The position numbers were made by a program, and so were the translations under genes. A DNA stretch of 64,000 bases from positions 37,030 to 101,029 of the forward strand of contig CAYNBT010000002.1 of assembly GCA_964396025.1 (NCBI GenBank). The letters are read 5' to 3'. Every line of letters starts with the position of its first letter. Within the stretch, counting starts at the first letter, position 1. Shown here in pieces: positions 19,059-27,462 of this stretch. Origin of the DNA: an uncultured Candidatus Saccharibacteria bacterium (lineage in GTDB: Bacteria > Patescibacteriota > WWE3 > UBA101185 > UBA10185). Under the pieces are notes generated by a model. It made no database searches. It saw only the letters and a program-made list of their open reading frames with translations, and was not told the DNA's origin.

Positions 19059-19721
19059 ATGCAAATAGAAAGCTATAAAAAAGAGGATATTATAAAACTT
19101 ATTGAAGACGCCAAGCATATCGCTGTGGTGCCTTCAAAGATTGCCGGTACTGAGACATTTATTGCAGGTGTAGGGCTTTATCACATGTTAAAAGCGCTGA
19201 ATAAACAAGTGAAACTGCTTTATATCGGAAAAACTCCTGAAGAAGCTAAAAACCTGATTAACCACGACGAGGTGATTACAAATCACTCAAAGAGGGATTT
19301 AGTTATCACCGTGGATTACTCCGGAACGCATGCCGGTAATGTTCATTGGAAAAATAATCATGATGTTTTGGAATTTAGATTAGGGCCTATTCCCAGAGAT
19401 TTTGATACTTCCAAGGTCAAAGTAAAATTGGCAAGTTATGGTTTTGATTTAATATTTGTCTTGGGTAATCAATATCTGCCTGATTTGGGTTTAGTCTACT
19501 CCAACATAGAAGACGAGTTTAGATCTGCCAATATTGTGAATATCGATAACACCAAACGCAACACCCGCTTTGGTGTGGTGAACGTAATAGACGAGTCATG
19601 CGATACCTTAAGTTTATTGGTCTATAAGTATGCTGGTGAGTGGGGACTTTTACCAAACACAAAATCCGCACAGGCACTTTTGACCGGTATGACTGTAAAA
19701 GAAGACAAAATGGTGGCTTAG
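19059..19721 (+). CDS. Hypothetical protein, possibly a degenerate DHH-family (NrnA-like) fold.
   Basis: KHIAVVPSKIAGTETFIAGVGLYHMLKALNKQVKLLY resembles the DHH N-terminal region, but the catalytic His and Asp residues are absent. The position between infB and rpsO is like that of the nrnA/rbfA region in other bacteria. Confidence 0.25.
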   Translation: MQIESYKKEDIIKLIEDAKHIAVVPSKIAGTETFIAGVGLYHMLKALNKQVKLLYIGKTPEEAKNLINHDEVITNHSKRDLVITVDYSGTHAGNVHWKNNHDVLEFRLGPIPRDFDTSKVKVKLASYGFDLIFVLGNQYLPDLGLVYSNIEDEFRSANIVNIDNTKRNTRFGVVNVIDESCDTLSLLVYKYAGEWGLLPNTKSAQALLTGMTVKEDKMVA

Positions 19722-19753
19722 TTCAGGAGGGCTAATGAGTACATAAGTGAGGG

Positions 19754-19782
19754 TTGCCTTTTAACAAATTTACTGGTAAAAT
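19754..19782 (+). promoter_or_regulatory. Putative promoter for rpsO (-35 TTGCCT 19754-19759, 17-nt spacer, -10 TAAAAT 19777-19782).
   Basis: The hexamers and spacing were read from the sequence. It lies 12 nt upstream of the rpsO ATG region. Confidence 0.3.
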
Positions 19783-19793
19783 TCTGTACGGAA

Positions 19794-20063
19794 ATGGCGA
19801 TGCAAAAGGAAAAAAAGCAAAAAATAATAAAAGACTACAGGGTGCACGAAGGTGACACCGGCTCCCCTGAAGTTCAAATAGCTCTCCTAAGTGAGAAAAT
19901 TTCTCTTCTGACAGAACACCTTAAAGGCCACAAAAAGGATAATCACTCAAGAAGAGGATTACTTCAGATGGTAGGTAAGAGAAGAAGGTTATTAACCTAT
20001 CTGAAGAGAAAGAGTGAAGAAAGATACTCCGGTCTCATTGAAAAGCTCGATCTCTCCAAGTAA
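19794..20063 (+). CDS. rpsO: 30S ribosomal protein S15.
   Basis: [54 protein letters not shown] is the S15 signature. Confidence 0.9.
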   Translation: MAMQKEKKQKIIKDYRVHEGDTGSPEVQIALLSEKISLLTEHLKGHKKDNHSRRGLLQMVGKRRRLLTYLKRKSEERYSGLIEKLDLSK

Positions 20064-20096
20064 TATCAATAGAGTAGTTTATTTAGTAAAAAATTT

Positions 20097-20191
20097 TGGT
20101 TGGCGTGGTTTGGTTAGGAATTGGAATAATGTACACTTAGGATTCCTAAGCGTGTGTCATTACACTTCTTAATCTCGAATTACTCCCAACC
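20097..20191 (+). promoter_or_regulatory. Structured rpsO-pnp intergenic leader. An outer GGTTGG/CCAACC pairing encloses a TTAGGAAT/ATTCCTAA hairpin and a GTGT/ACAC hairpin.
   Basis: The nested inverted repeats were read from the sequence. Their position matches the RNase III-processed autoregulatory pnp leader described in E. coli. Confidence 0.35.
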
Positions 20192-20205
20192 GTAGTAAGA
20201 AAAAA

Positions 20206-22413
20206 ATGAATAAAAAAGTAAAAAAAGAAATAATGTTTGCTGGTAGAAAGTTAGTACTTGAAACCGGCACAATGGCGTTGTCTGCAAACATGTCTATAAA
20301 GGCAAGTTATGGCGACACTGTTATGTTAGTTACGGCAGTTGCTGGAGGGCTCACCCCAGATATAGATTTTTTCCCTTTAATGGTGAACTATACAGAAAAG
20401 CTTTTTGCGAGTGGAACAATCAAATCTTCAAGATTTGTAAAAAGAGACGGTAGAAACACAGATGAAGCTATTATCACCCAGAGATTAGCTGACCATGCTA
20501 TACGCCCGCTTTTTCCTGCAGACTTTAGAAATGAGGTACAGGTGACGGGTTCCGTATTGTCTTTAGACGATGATGCCGATCCAGAAGTATTGTTTATGAA
20601 CGCAGTCTCTGCTTGTTTACATGCTTCCGATATTCCTTGGGGAGGTCCTGCTGTTTCTGCGCGGGTTGGATACATTAATGGAAACTACGTGTTGAATCCT
20701 TCTAGAAAGCAGTTACTTGAGGAATCAGAACTTGACTTAACTGTATCTTTTGCCGGTGACGACAAGAGGTTTTTGGCTGTGGAAGCTGAAATTGACATAT
20801 TACCTCAAGAAAAAGTTCTTGGCGCAATAGAATTTGCCAGGAACAACCTCGATGAACTTTTGAAATTTATCAAAGACTTTGCTGAAGAATTAAACCCAGG
20901 ACTTGCAAAACTTGAATATGATTCTTGTGCATTACCTGCAGATATGGTCAAAGATATAAATGAGTTTGCCAAAGCAAAAATGACCGCACTTATGAAAAAA
21001 GGCTTGGCAAAATCAGAGTTAAAAGTAGAACTTGGCGAAATGCTAGAAGAGATTCAAGCAAAGTTTGAAGGCAAATATAAAAAGACTGCTATGGCAGAGG
21101 CCTTTGCTGAGGTAGAAAAGCTTACGCTCCGAAACCTCATTCTTGATGAGAATTACAGAACCGATGGTCGTGGTATCAAAGACATTAGAAACTTGAGCTG
21201 CGAAATTGGTGTGTTACCTAGAACCCATGGAAGTGGCATGTTCACTCGTGGGGAAACACAGGTTTTAACAGTTGCCACACTTGGTTCTCCTTCCATGGCA
21301 TTGATTGTTCAAGATATGTATGGGGAAGGTACAAAGAGCTATATGCACTTTTACAATTCTCCTCCATATGCAGGTGGTGAAGTAGGAAAAATGGGTGGTT
21401 ATCCAAAAAACAGGGAAATCGGACACGGTATGTTGGCTGAGAAAGCCTTGAGGCCGGTATTGCCTTCCCAAAAGGAGTTCCCATACACCGTACTTTTGTC
21501 TTCAGAAGTACTTTCCTCAAGCGGCTCCACTTCTATGGCTGCAACTTGTGGTTCTACCTTGGCTTTGATGGATGCAGGCGTGCCTATAAAAGACATGGTT
21601 GGTGGAATTAGCGTAGGGTTGATTGTTAACGACGATATGACCCAGCATAAAATCTTGACTGATATTGCTTATATGGAAGACGCCTTTGGCTTTTTGGATT
21701 TCAAGATGACTGGAACAAAAAAGGGTGTAACTGCTATCCAATGTGATATGAAAGCAAAAGGAATTCCTATGGACTGGTTAGCAAAAATATTTGACGCCTC
21801 AACAGAAGCACGACTCAAGGTTTTAGCAACAATGGAAGCCTTAATCAGCAAACCAAAAGAAGAAGTTAGTCAGTTTGCTCCAAAAATGGTTACAACTATG
21901 ATAGAGCCTGATCAAATCGGAATGGTAATTGGCGCTGGAGGTAAAACCATCAAGCAAATCCAAGAAACCACTGGGGCAGAAATGACCATTGAACAAGATG
22001 GTATGGTTATTGCATCTTCTATTGATATAGAAAAGGCAAAAGCAGCTATTGAGTATGTTCAGAATATGTTTAGAGAAATTGAACCGGGGGAAGAGTTTGA
22101 AGGTAGAGTTGAAGAAATCGTAGATTTTGGTGCGTTTGTTGAGATACTTCCAGGTAAAACCGGTCTGCTGCATGTTAGCGAAATTGCTCACGAGTATGTT
22201 GCTCAAGTATCGGACTTCCTCAAAGAAGGTGACATTGTAAAGGTTAAAGTGCTTGATGTAGACCGAAGATCGGGCAAGATAAGTTTATCTAAAAAAGCTC
22301 TAGAACAAGCACCAGAAGGATCCGACGCACCGAGGGATAATGGACGCGGTCGTGATAGAGACTTTAGAGACAGAGGCGGTCGTCCGCAAAAAAGATTCGG
22401 TGGGCGAAAATAG
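20206..22413 (+). CDS. pnp: Polyribonucleotide nucleotidyltransferase (PNPase).
   Basis: Two RNase PH-like domains are followed by KH and S1 domains (GKTIKQIQETTG...; FEGRVEEIVDFGAFVEILPGKTGLLHVSEI) and an RG-rich tail. Confidence 0.95.
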   Translation: MNKKVKKEIMFAGRKLVLETGTMALSANMSIKASYGDTVMLVTAVAGGLTPDIDFFPLMVNYTEKLFASGTIKSSRFVKRDGRNTDEAIITQRLADHAIRPLFPADFRNEVQVTGSVLSLDDDADPEVLFMNAVSACLHASDIPWGGPAVSARVGYINGNYVLNPSRKQLLEESELDLTVSFAGDDKRFLAVEAEIDILPQEKVLGAIEFARNNLDELLKFIKDFAEELNPGLAKLEYDSCALPADMVKDINEFAKAKMTALMKKGLAKSELKVELGEMLEEIQAKFEGKYKKTAMAEAFAEVEKLTLRNLILDENYRTDGRGIKDIRNLSCEIGVLPRTHGSGMFTRGETQVLTVATLGSPSMALIVQDMYGEGTKSYMHFYNSPPYAGGEVGKMGGYPKNREIGHGMLAEKALRPVLPSQKEFPYTVLLSSEVLSSSGSTSMAATCGSTLALMDAGVPIKDMVGGISVGLIVNDDMTQHKILTDIAYMEDAFGFLDFKMTGTKKGVTAIQCDMKAKGIPMDWLAKIFDASTEARLKVLATMEALISKPKEEVSQFAPKMVTTMIEPDQIGMVIGAGGKTIKQIQETTGAEMTIEQDGMVIASSIDIEKAKAAIEYVQNMFREIEPGEEFEGRVEEIVDFGAFVEILPGKTGLLHVSEIAHEYVAQVSDFLKEGDIVKVKVLDVDRRSGKISLSKKALEQAPEGSDAPRDNGRGRDRDFRDRGGRPQKRFGGRK

Positions 22414-22429
22414 TGCTAAAATGAATTAG

Positions 22430-23422
22430 ATGCTCAAACGTACTTGCCCAAACTGTCTTGAAACATTGACCGATTTTGATAACTTCTTTTGTACCTATTG
22501 TGGTAAAAAGATTTCACCAGATCTGGTTTTGTCTCCGCCTGCTCTCAAGGTCAAAACTTACAAACTAAGTTATGTGACTTTGGGAAGTAGGATAAGGAAT
22601 ATGTTTCGTGCAAGGCGTAGTTCACGTGGTGCTGAGTCGAATTCACCCGCTTTCAAAGTTTTACCAAAAGACCAATTCGTTCACACTCGCATGACTTATG
22701 TTCTGTTCTATATTCTACTAGCGTTTGTGGTTGGTTTTGTCGGCATCTATGTCAAAACCAATTTCCTAGATTCATACAAAGAGAAAAAGACCCAAGAATC
22801 TCAGAAAGTTTTTGCTAACACTGTAGACTTGGGGCTTGATTTTGAATCTAATGTTTTTGGCTCCGACTTTATTACAGACTATATTCCTCAGCAAGCAATC
22901 TTTTATATGGAATCTCACGATTCACATGCCTTTGTTAGAGATTTGGTGGATGTGACCAACTTTAATCCAATCTTACTCAAAGGGACTTCAGAACTAGTTC
23001 ACAAACATTTTGTTGTCTTTGCCTATGAACTTAATAATCAAACCGAGTGGGGCTTTGTGTTTATACCAAAGGACGTAGAGGTCGTGAAGGCCCTTACAAA
23101 GGAATATAATTTACCAAAATGGCATTTCGCTGTGATCGAAGATAATCTCGTCGTTGCATCCTCTCCCGAGATTTTTGATATTATAAAGAACGCCAAGGCG
23201 AACTCTATTCCCAACGTTTCGCTAAATGCAAATTATTCCAAGAGTATAGGCAATGTGCAGCGAAGCGGCCAGATTTTGGTAATATTGCTTTCGAGGGAAA
23301 AAGCGCTAGAGGTCTTAAAGCGACTAGGTAGTGTAAACTTGCATCCATTTATGCAAAAGCAGGTTCAATACATTATTGACGCAGGTTTTAGCGAGTTTGT
23401 GGTAGATAACTTGAAAAGATAA
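22430..23422 (+). CDS. Hypothetical membrane protein with an N-terminal zinc-ribbon (CPNC...CTYC).
   Basis: It has a CxxC-X14-CxxC motif, one TM segment (YVLFYILLAFVVGFVGIYV) and a C-terminal domain of about 220 aa that I do not recognise. Confidence 0.4.
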   Translation: MLKRTCPNCLETLTDFDNFFCTYCGKKISPDLVLSPPALKVKTYKLSYVTLGSRIRNMFRARRSSRGAESNSPAFKVLPKDQFVHTRMTYVLFYILLAFVVGFVGIYVKTNFLDSYKEKKTQESQKVFANTVDLGLDFESNVFGSDFITDYIPQQAIFYMESHDSHAFVRDLVDVTNFNPILLKGTSELVHKHFVVFAYELNNQTEWGFVFIPKDVEVVKALTKEYNLPKWHFAVIEDNLVVASSPEIFDIIKNAKANSIPNVSLNANYSKSIGNVQRSGQILVILLSREKALEVLKRLGSVNLHPFMQKQVQYIIDAGFSEFVVDNLKR

Positions 23423-23425
23423 TAA

Positions 23426-24496
23426 ATGACTCAATCAAATAACACACAATTTTTATTTAAAGAATTGGAAGTACTTTCTAAAAAACTGGAAGGTGCTACC
23501 AAGATGCCTGATGACTTGAAAGAACGCGCTGGGCAGATGTTGGAGCGGCTTAATAGGTTGGCTGAAAGTGGTTCCTACAATGCTTCAATAGACACAATGT
23601 CTCGATATATAGAGACTATCACCTCAATTCCATGGGGAGTTACAACAGAAGACAAACTTGATCTAGCTTTGGCAAAAGAGCGTTTGGATGCAAATCATTA
23701 TGGTATGGAGACCGTAAAAGAAAGAATCATGGAATACTTGGCCACGGTGATATTACTTAAGCAGCGTGGGCAGGATGCTATTGCCAAGACACCAGTACTT
23801 TTGTTAGTAGGTTTGCAGGGCGTTGGAAAAACAACATTAGCAATCTCATTGGCAGAAGCTCTTGAACGTAAGTTTGTACGTGTGGCAATGGGTGCAATCG
23901 GATCTATTTTGGAAATTCGAGGTAGAAGTAAATCTTATGCCGAAGCAGAGCCGGGGCAGATCGTAAAAGGTTTAGTTAAAGCAGGAGTGATGAATCCGGT
24001 CATCTTACTTGATGAAATTGAGAAGGCAAGCGGTCAAGAAGGAATTCGTTCCGACATCATGGCAACATTACTTGAAATCCTTGATCCAAACCAGAATCAC
24101 GAATTTAGAGATCATTATGTGGATTATCCTGTGGATCTTTCTCAGGTGCTTTTTATTTGTAGTGCAAACAACACTGGTACGTTGTCCGCTGCTCTTATGG
24201 ACAGAATGGAAGTTGTGAAGATGCCTTCCTACACAGATGCTGAAAAAATCGTGATAGCTAGGGACTACGTCTTTCCAAAAGTGATTGAGAAGAGCGGGCT
24301 TAAGGATGAGGAGCTTCAAATTGATCCAAACCTATGGCCGGCTGTAGTGCGCCCGTTTGGTTATGATACTGGTATCAGAAGTCTAACTAGAACTTTAGAA
24401 TCAATTTGCCGAAAGGTAGCAAAGGAGCTTGTTGAAGGTAAGACAAAATCAGTTTATATAACAGCTGATAATCTTAAGTATTACCTCCCGCATTAA
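23426..24496 (+). CDS. Lon-type AAA+ ATPase module lacking both the N-terminal LAN domain and the C-terminal peptidase domain.
   Basis: SIPWGVTTEDKLDLALAKERLDANHYGMETVKERIMEYLA plus LLLVGLQGVGKTTLAISLAEALERKFVRVAMG...ILLDEIEK...LLEILDPNQNHEFRDHYVDYPVDLSQVLFICSANN closely follows the Lon ATPase domain consensus. The ORF stops after the AAA+ lid, and no S16 peptidase Ser-Lys dyad region follows. Confidence 0.7.
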   Translation: MTQSNNTQFLFKELEVLSKKLEGATKMPDDLKERAGQMLERLNRLAESGSYNASIDTMSRYIETITSIPWGVTTEDKLDLALAKERLDANHYGMETVKERIMEYLATVILLKQRGQDAIAKTPVLLLVGLQGVGKTTLAISLAEALERKFVRVAMGAIGSILEIRGRSKSYAEAEPGQIVKGLVKAGVMNPVILLDEIEKASGQEGIRSDIMATLLEILDPNQNHEFRDHYVDYPVDLSQVLFICSANNTGTLSAALMDRMEVVKMPSYTDAEKIVIARDYVFPKVIEKSGLKDEELQIDPNLWPAVVRPFGYDTGIRSLTRTLESICRKVAKELVEGKTKSVYITADNLKYYLPH

Positions 24497-24499
24497 CTT

Positions 24500-25024
24500 A
24501 TGGAATTTCCAACTACAAGTCAACTAAATGACATTAGAAAGAAGGGGTTTAGACCTGGTGTTGTATCTTGTATAGTGCACAATAAAATGCTTTTGCTTTT
24601 TTACAAAAGAGAGTATGGGGAATGGCAACTTCCTCAGGGCGGTATTGAAAACGGGGAAAGTATTGAAGATGCTGTAAATAGGGAAATGCTTGGTGAATTA
24701 GGAGCCAACTTAACCGCCAGTTTTCTTAAGCCCTATGAGCTCATAGGTGAAGATGAACTTGTATTTCCAAAACAACATCATGGAGTAAAAGAACTTAAGA
24801 CTGATGAAGGAGAAGACATATTAATGCAAGGCAAGAAATATTACTTTTGCGTTATCAACGTGCCCACAGAAGATGTTGCTATCACCGAAACCGAATTCGA
24901 TGACTACTTCTGGCTTCCGTTTGATCAAGCTTTGTACTTGGCTAATCAATCAAAGGCTGTGAATAAGAAGAAACTTGTTGTGAAGGTTATAACACTCTTA
25001 AAGGAGTTGGGATTTATAAATTAA
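24500..25024 (+). CDS. Nudix hydrolase.
   Basis: The Nudix box is GGIENGESIEDAVNREMLGELG (Gx5Ex7REuxEExGu). Confidence 0.8.
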   Translation: MEFPTTSQLNDIRKKGFRPGVVSCIVHNKMLLLFYKREYGEWQLPQGGIENGESIEDAVNREMLGELGANLTASFLKPYELIGEDELVFPKQHHGVKELKTDEGEDILMQGKKYYFCVINVPTEDVAITETEFDDYFWLPFDQALYLANQSKAVNKKKLVVKVITLLKELGFIN

Positions 25025-25027
25025 TCC

Positions 25028-25663
25028 ATGGACAAAAAGAATCAACTTGAGCAAATTACTGCAAACATCCGAAATTGTAAAAAATGTAGATTATGTGAGA
25101 CCGCAAAAAACGCAGTACCTGGAGAGGGTAATCTGGATGCTGAAATTGTTTTTATTGGAGAGGCCCCCGGAGCCACCGAAGATGAGACAGGGCGCCCTTT
25201 TGTGGGACGCGCCGGGAGGTTATTGGACAAGCTTTTGCAAGATATCAGTTTAACTAGAGCTGATGTGTGGATTGGGAATGTTATTAAGCACCGTCCTCCA
25301 GAAAACCGCGACCCCTTGCCCGACGAAATAACAGCGTGTATGCCTTATCTAACTATGCAATTGGCCTTGATAAAGCCAAAGCTTGTGGTAACTCTTGGAA
25401 GATACGCTATGAACTACTTTCATAAAGATGGAAAGATTTCTAGAGATCATGGGCACGCCATAAGGCAAGCCCAGTATAGTGTATATCCTTTGTATCACCC
25501 CGCGGCTGCTTTAAGGAATCCTAGTGTAGCAAGAGAATTAGTCACAGACTTTAGAAACATTCCAAAGGTTTTAGAGGATTTAAGAAACTCCTCTTACATT
25601 GTTGATTCTGATCCAACAACGCAAGAGTTTATAGATAAAGACCAGTTGGGTTTGGGTATTTAG
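25028..25663 (+). CDS. Uracil-DNA glycosylase, family 4 (Fe-S type).
   Basis: CKKCRLCE...GEGNLDAEIVFIGEAPGATEDETGRPFVGRAGRLLDKLL are the family 4 UDG motifs. Confidence 0.85.
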   Translation: MDKKNQLEQITANIRNCKKCRLCETAKNAVPGEGNLDAEIVFIGEAPGATEDETGRPFVGRAGRLLDKLLQDISLTRADVWIGNVIKHRPPENRDPLPDEITACMPYLTMQLALIKPKLVVTLGRYAMNYFHKDGKISRDHGHAIRQAQYSVYPLYHPAAALRNPSVARELVTDFRNIPKVLEDLRNSSYIVDSDPTTQEFIDKDQLGLGI

Positions 25664-25689
25664 GAAAAGAATGTTAAATTTAATGCGTT

Positions 25690-27396
25690 ATGAAATTTAT
25701 TACAGATAAGTTTATGTCGTTGGCACCTCAGCCACAACTGAAGATTATAAAACTAGGGAGTGATGTTGGCGCTACCAAAAACATGACTGTTTATGAGTGC
25801 GGCGACGATATCATTATTGTTGATTGCGGTATTGGATTCCCCGATTCTGATTTACCCGGTGTGGATGTGGTTATTCCCGATATTACCTATCTCTTGGAAA
25901 GAAAAGATCGCATAAGAGGCTTATTCGTTTCGCATGGTCATGAAGATCATTTTGGAGCAATACCTTACCTGATTGATCAACTCATGAACGTCACAATCTA
26001 TGCCAATGACCTGGTACAAGGATTTCTAAAGCTCCGTTTAGAGGATCGTGGCATCACCGAGGGAGTTAGTTTTGTACTGCTTAAAGCAGGTATGGAAGAT
26101 ATAAACTTAGGTAACTTCAAAATTTCTACCTTTAGAGTAAATCACTCTGTTCCTAATTCTTTAGGTTTCGCTATCAAAACGCCGCAAGGTGTGGTTTTGC
26201 ATATTGCCGATTATAAAATCGATTGGTCGCCGGTGCTTGATGAACCTATTGAACTAGATAAAATTGCAGAATATGGGGACAATGGTGTTTTATGTTTGCT
26301 TTCTGATTGTTTGGGCGTAACGCATGAGGGTTATTCCAAGTCAGAGCAAACCTTGGCTCCCACTCTTGATCTTTTGTTTGAAAAAGCAACGGGGAAGCAG
26401 ATATTTATAACTACGATTTCTTCTAACATTTCCAGAATGCATCAAGTCATTAGTTCTGCCATAAAAGTTGGGCGCAAAGTGGTTTATGTTGGTAGATCTA
26501 TTAAACAAAGTGCCGAAGTTGCAAAAGGTTTGGGATATCTTCCGTTTTCTGATGATGTGATTGTAGATTTGAGACACATAGATAATTATGATCCAAGCTC
26601 CTTGGTTGTAATCATAGCTGGTTGTTATGGTCAACAAGGATCTGCATTACATAGGCTTAGCCAAGGTGAGCATAAGCAATTCTCTTTAAATCAAGGCGAT
26701 TACGTGATATTTTCCGCAGATCCTGGTCCACCAAGCTCTTATGAACCTGTTGAAGCTGTTTTGCATTATCTTACTGTTGCAGGTGCTGAGGTGATTTATA
26801 GTCAAATTCAAGAGAACTTGCATGTCTCTGGTCACGGTATGCGCGGTGACTTACAAACCGTTTCTGCACTTACCAAGGCCAAATACTATATTCCTATTGG
26901 TGGAACAGCGGCTAAGATGCGTGCTTATGCACACATGGTAGAGGAGTTTGGTGTTAAGAGAGAAAATGTTTACGAACTGTTGGAAGGTGAAACTGTAATC
27001 TTCGAAGATGGGAATGCACGAATGGGAGAAAAAGTAGAAGTTGAGCAGATTTACATTGATAGTGGAGGCATGGATAAGGTCGGTACGGTTGTGATCAAAG
27101 ACCGCGAGCGTCTTTCTGATGACGGGGTTTTTGTAGTAGTTGTGCCAATCAACAAAGAAAAAAATCAAATTATGGGTGGTACTGAGGTCATAACACGCGG
27201 ATTCATTTATGTTAAAGAAAATAAATCATTGGTAGGAAGATCTAAAGATGTTGTGAACAAACTTTTGGACAAGCACAAAGGTGAAGATATCGACTGGGGC
27301 GTGATAAGGCCAAAGGTGGAGAAAGAGATAGAAAAGTTCTTGCAAAAAGAAACAGGCAGAAAGCCGCTGGTGATTGTCTCATCAATTCATGTTTAG
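25690..27396 (+). CDS. rnj: Ribonuclease J (metallo-beta-lactamase/beta-CASP RNase).
   Basis: It has the motif VSHGHEDHFGAIPYL and a beta-CASP region. Its length of about 568 aa is typical of RNase J. Confidence 0.85.
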   Translation: MKFITDKFMSLAPQPQLKIIKLGSDVGATKNMTVYECGDDIIIVDCGIGFPDSDLPGVDVVIPDITYLLERKDRIRGLFVSHGHEDHFGAIPYLIDQLMNVTIYANDLVQGFLKLRLEDRGITEGVSFVLLKAGMEDINLGNFKISTFRVNHSVPNSLGFAIKTPQGVVLHIADYKIDWSPVLDEPIELDKIAEYGDNGVLCLLSDCLGVTHEGYSKSEQTLAPTLDLLFEKATGKQIFITTISSNISRMHQVISSAIKVGRKVVYVGRSIKQSAEVAKGLGYLPFSDDVIVDLRHIDNYDPSSLVVIIAGCYGQQGSALHRLSQGEHKQFSLNQGDYVIFSADPGPPSSYEPVEAVLHYLTVAGAEVIYSQIQENLHVSGHGMRGDLQTVSALTKAKYYIPIGGTAAKMRAYAHMVEEFGVKRENVYELLEGETVIFEDGNARMGEKVEVEQIYIDSGGMDKVGTVVIKDRERLSDDGVFVVVVPINKEKNQIMGGTEVITRGFIYVKENKSLVGRSKDVVNKLLDKHKGEDIDWGVIRPKVEKEIEKFLQKETGRKPLVIVSSIHV

Positions 27397-27462
27397 CTGC
27401 GGTAGCTTCGAAACAAAGTCTCGTGCAGGAAAACAGTACTAATATTTGTTATCATATCTTCA

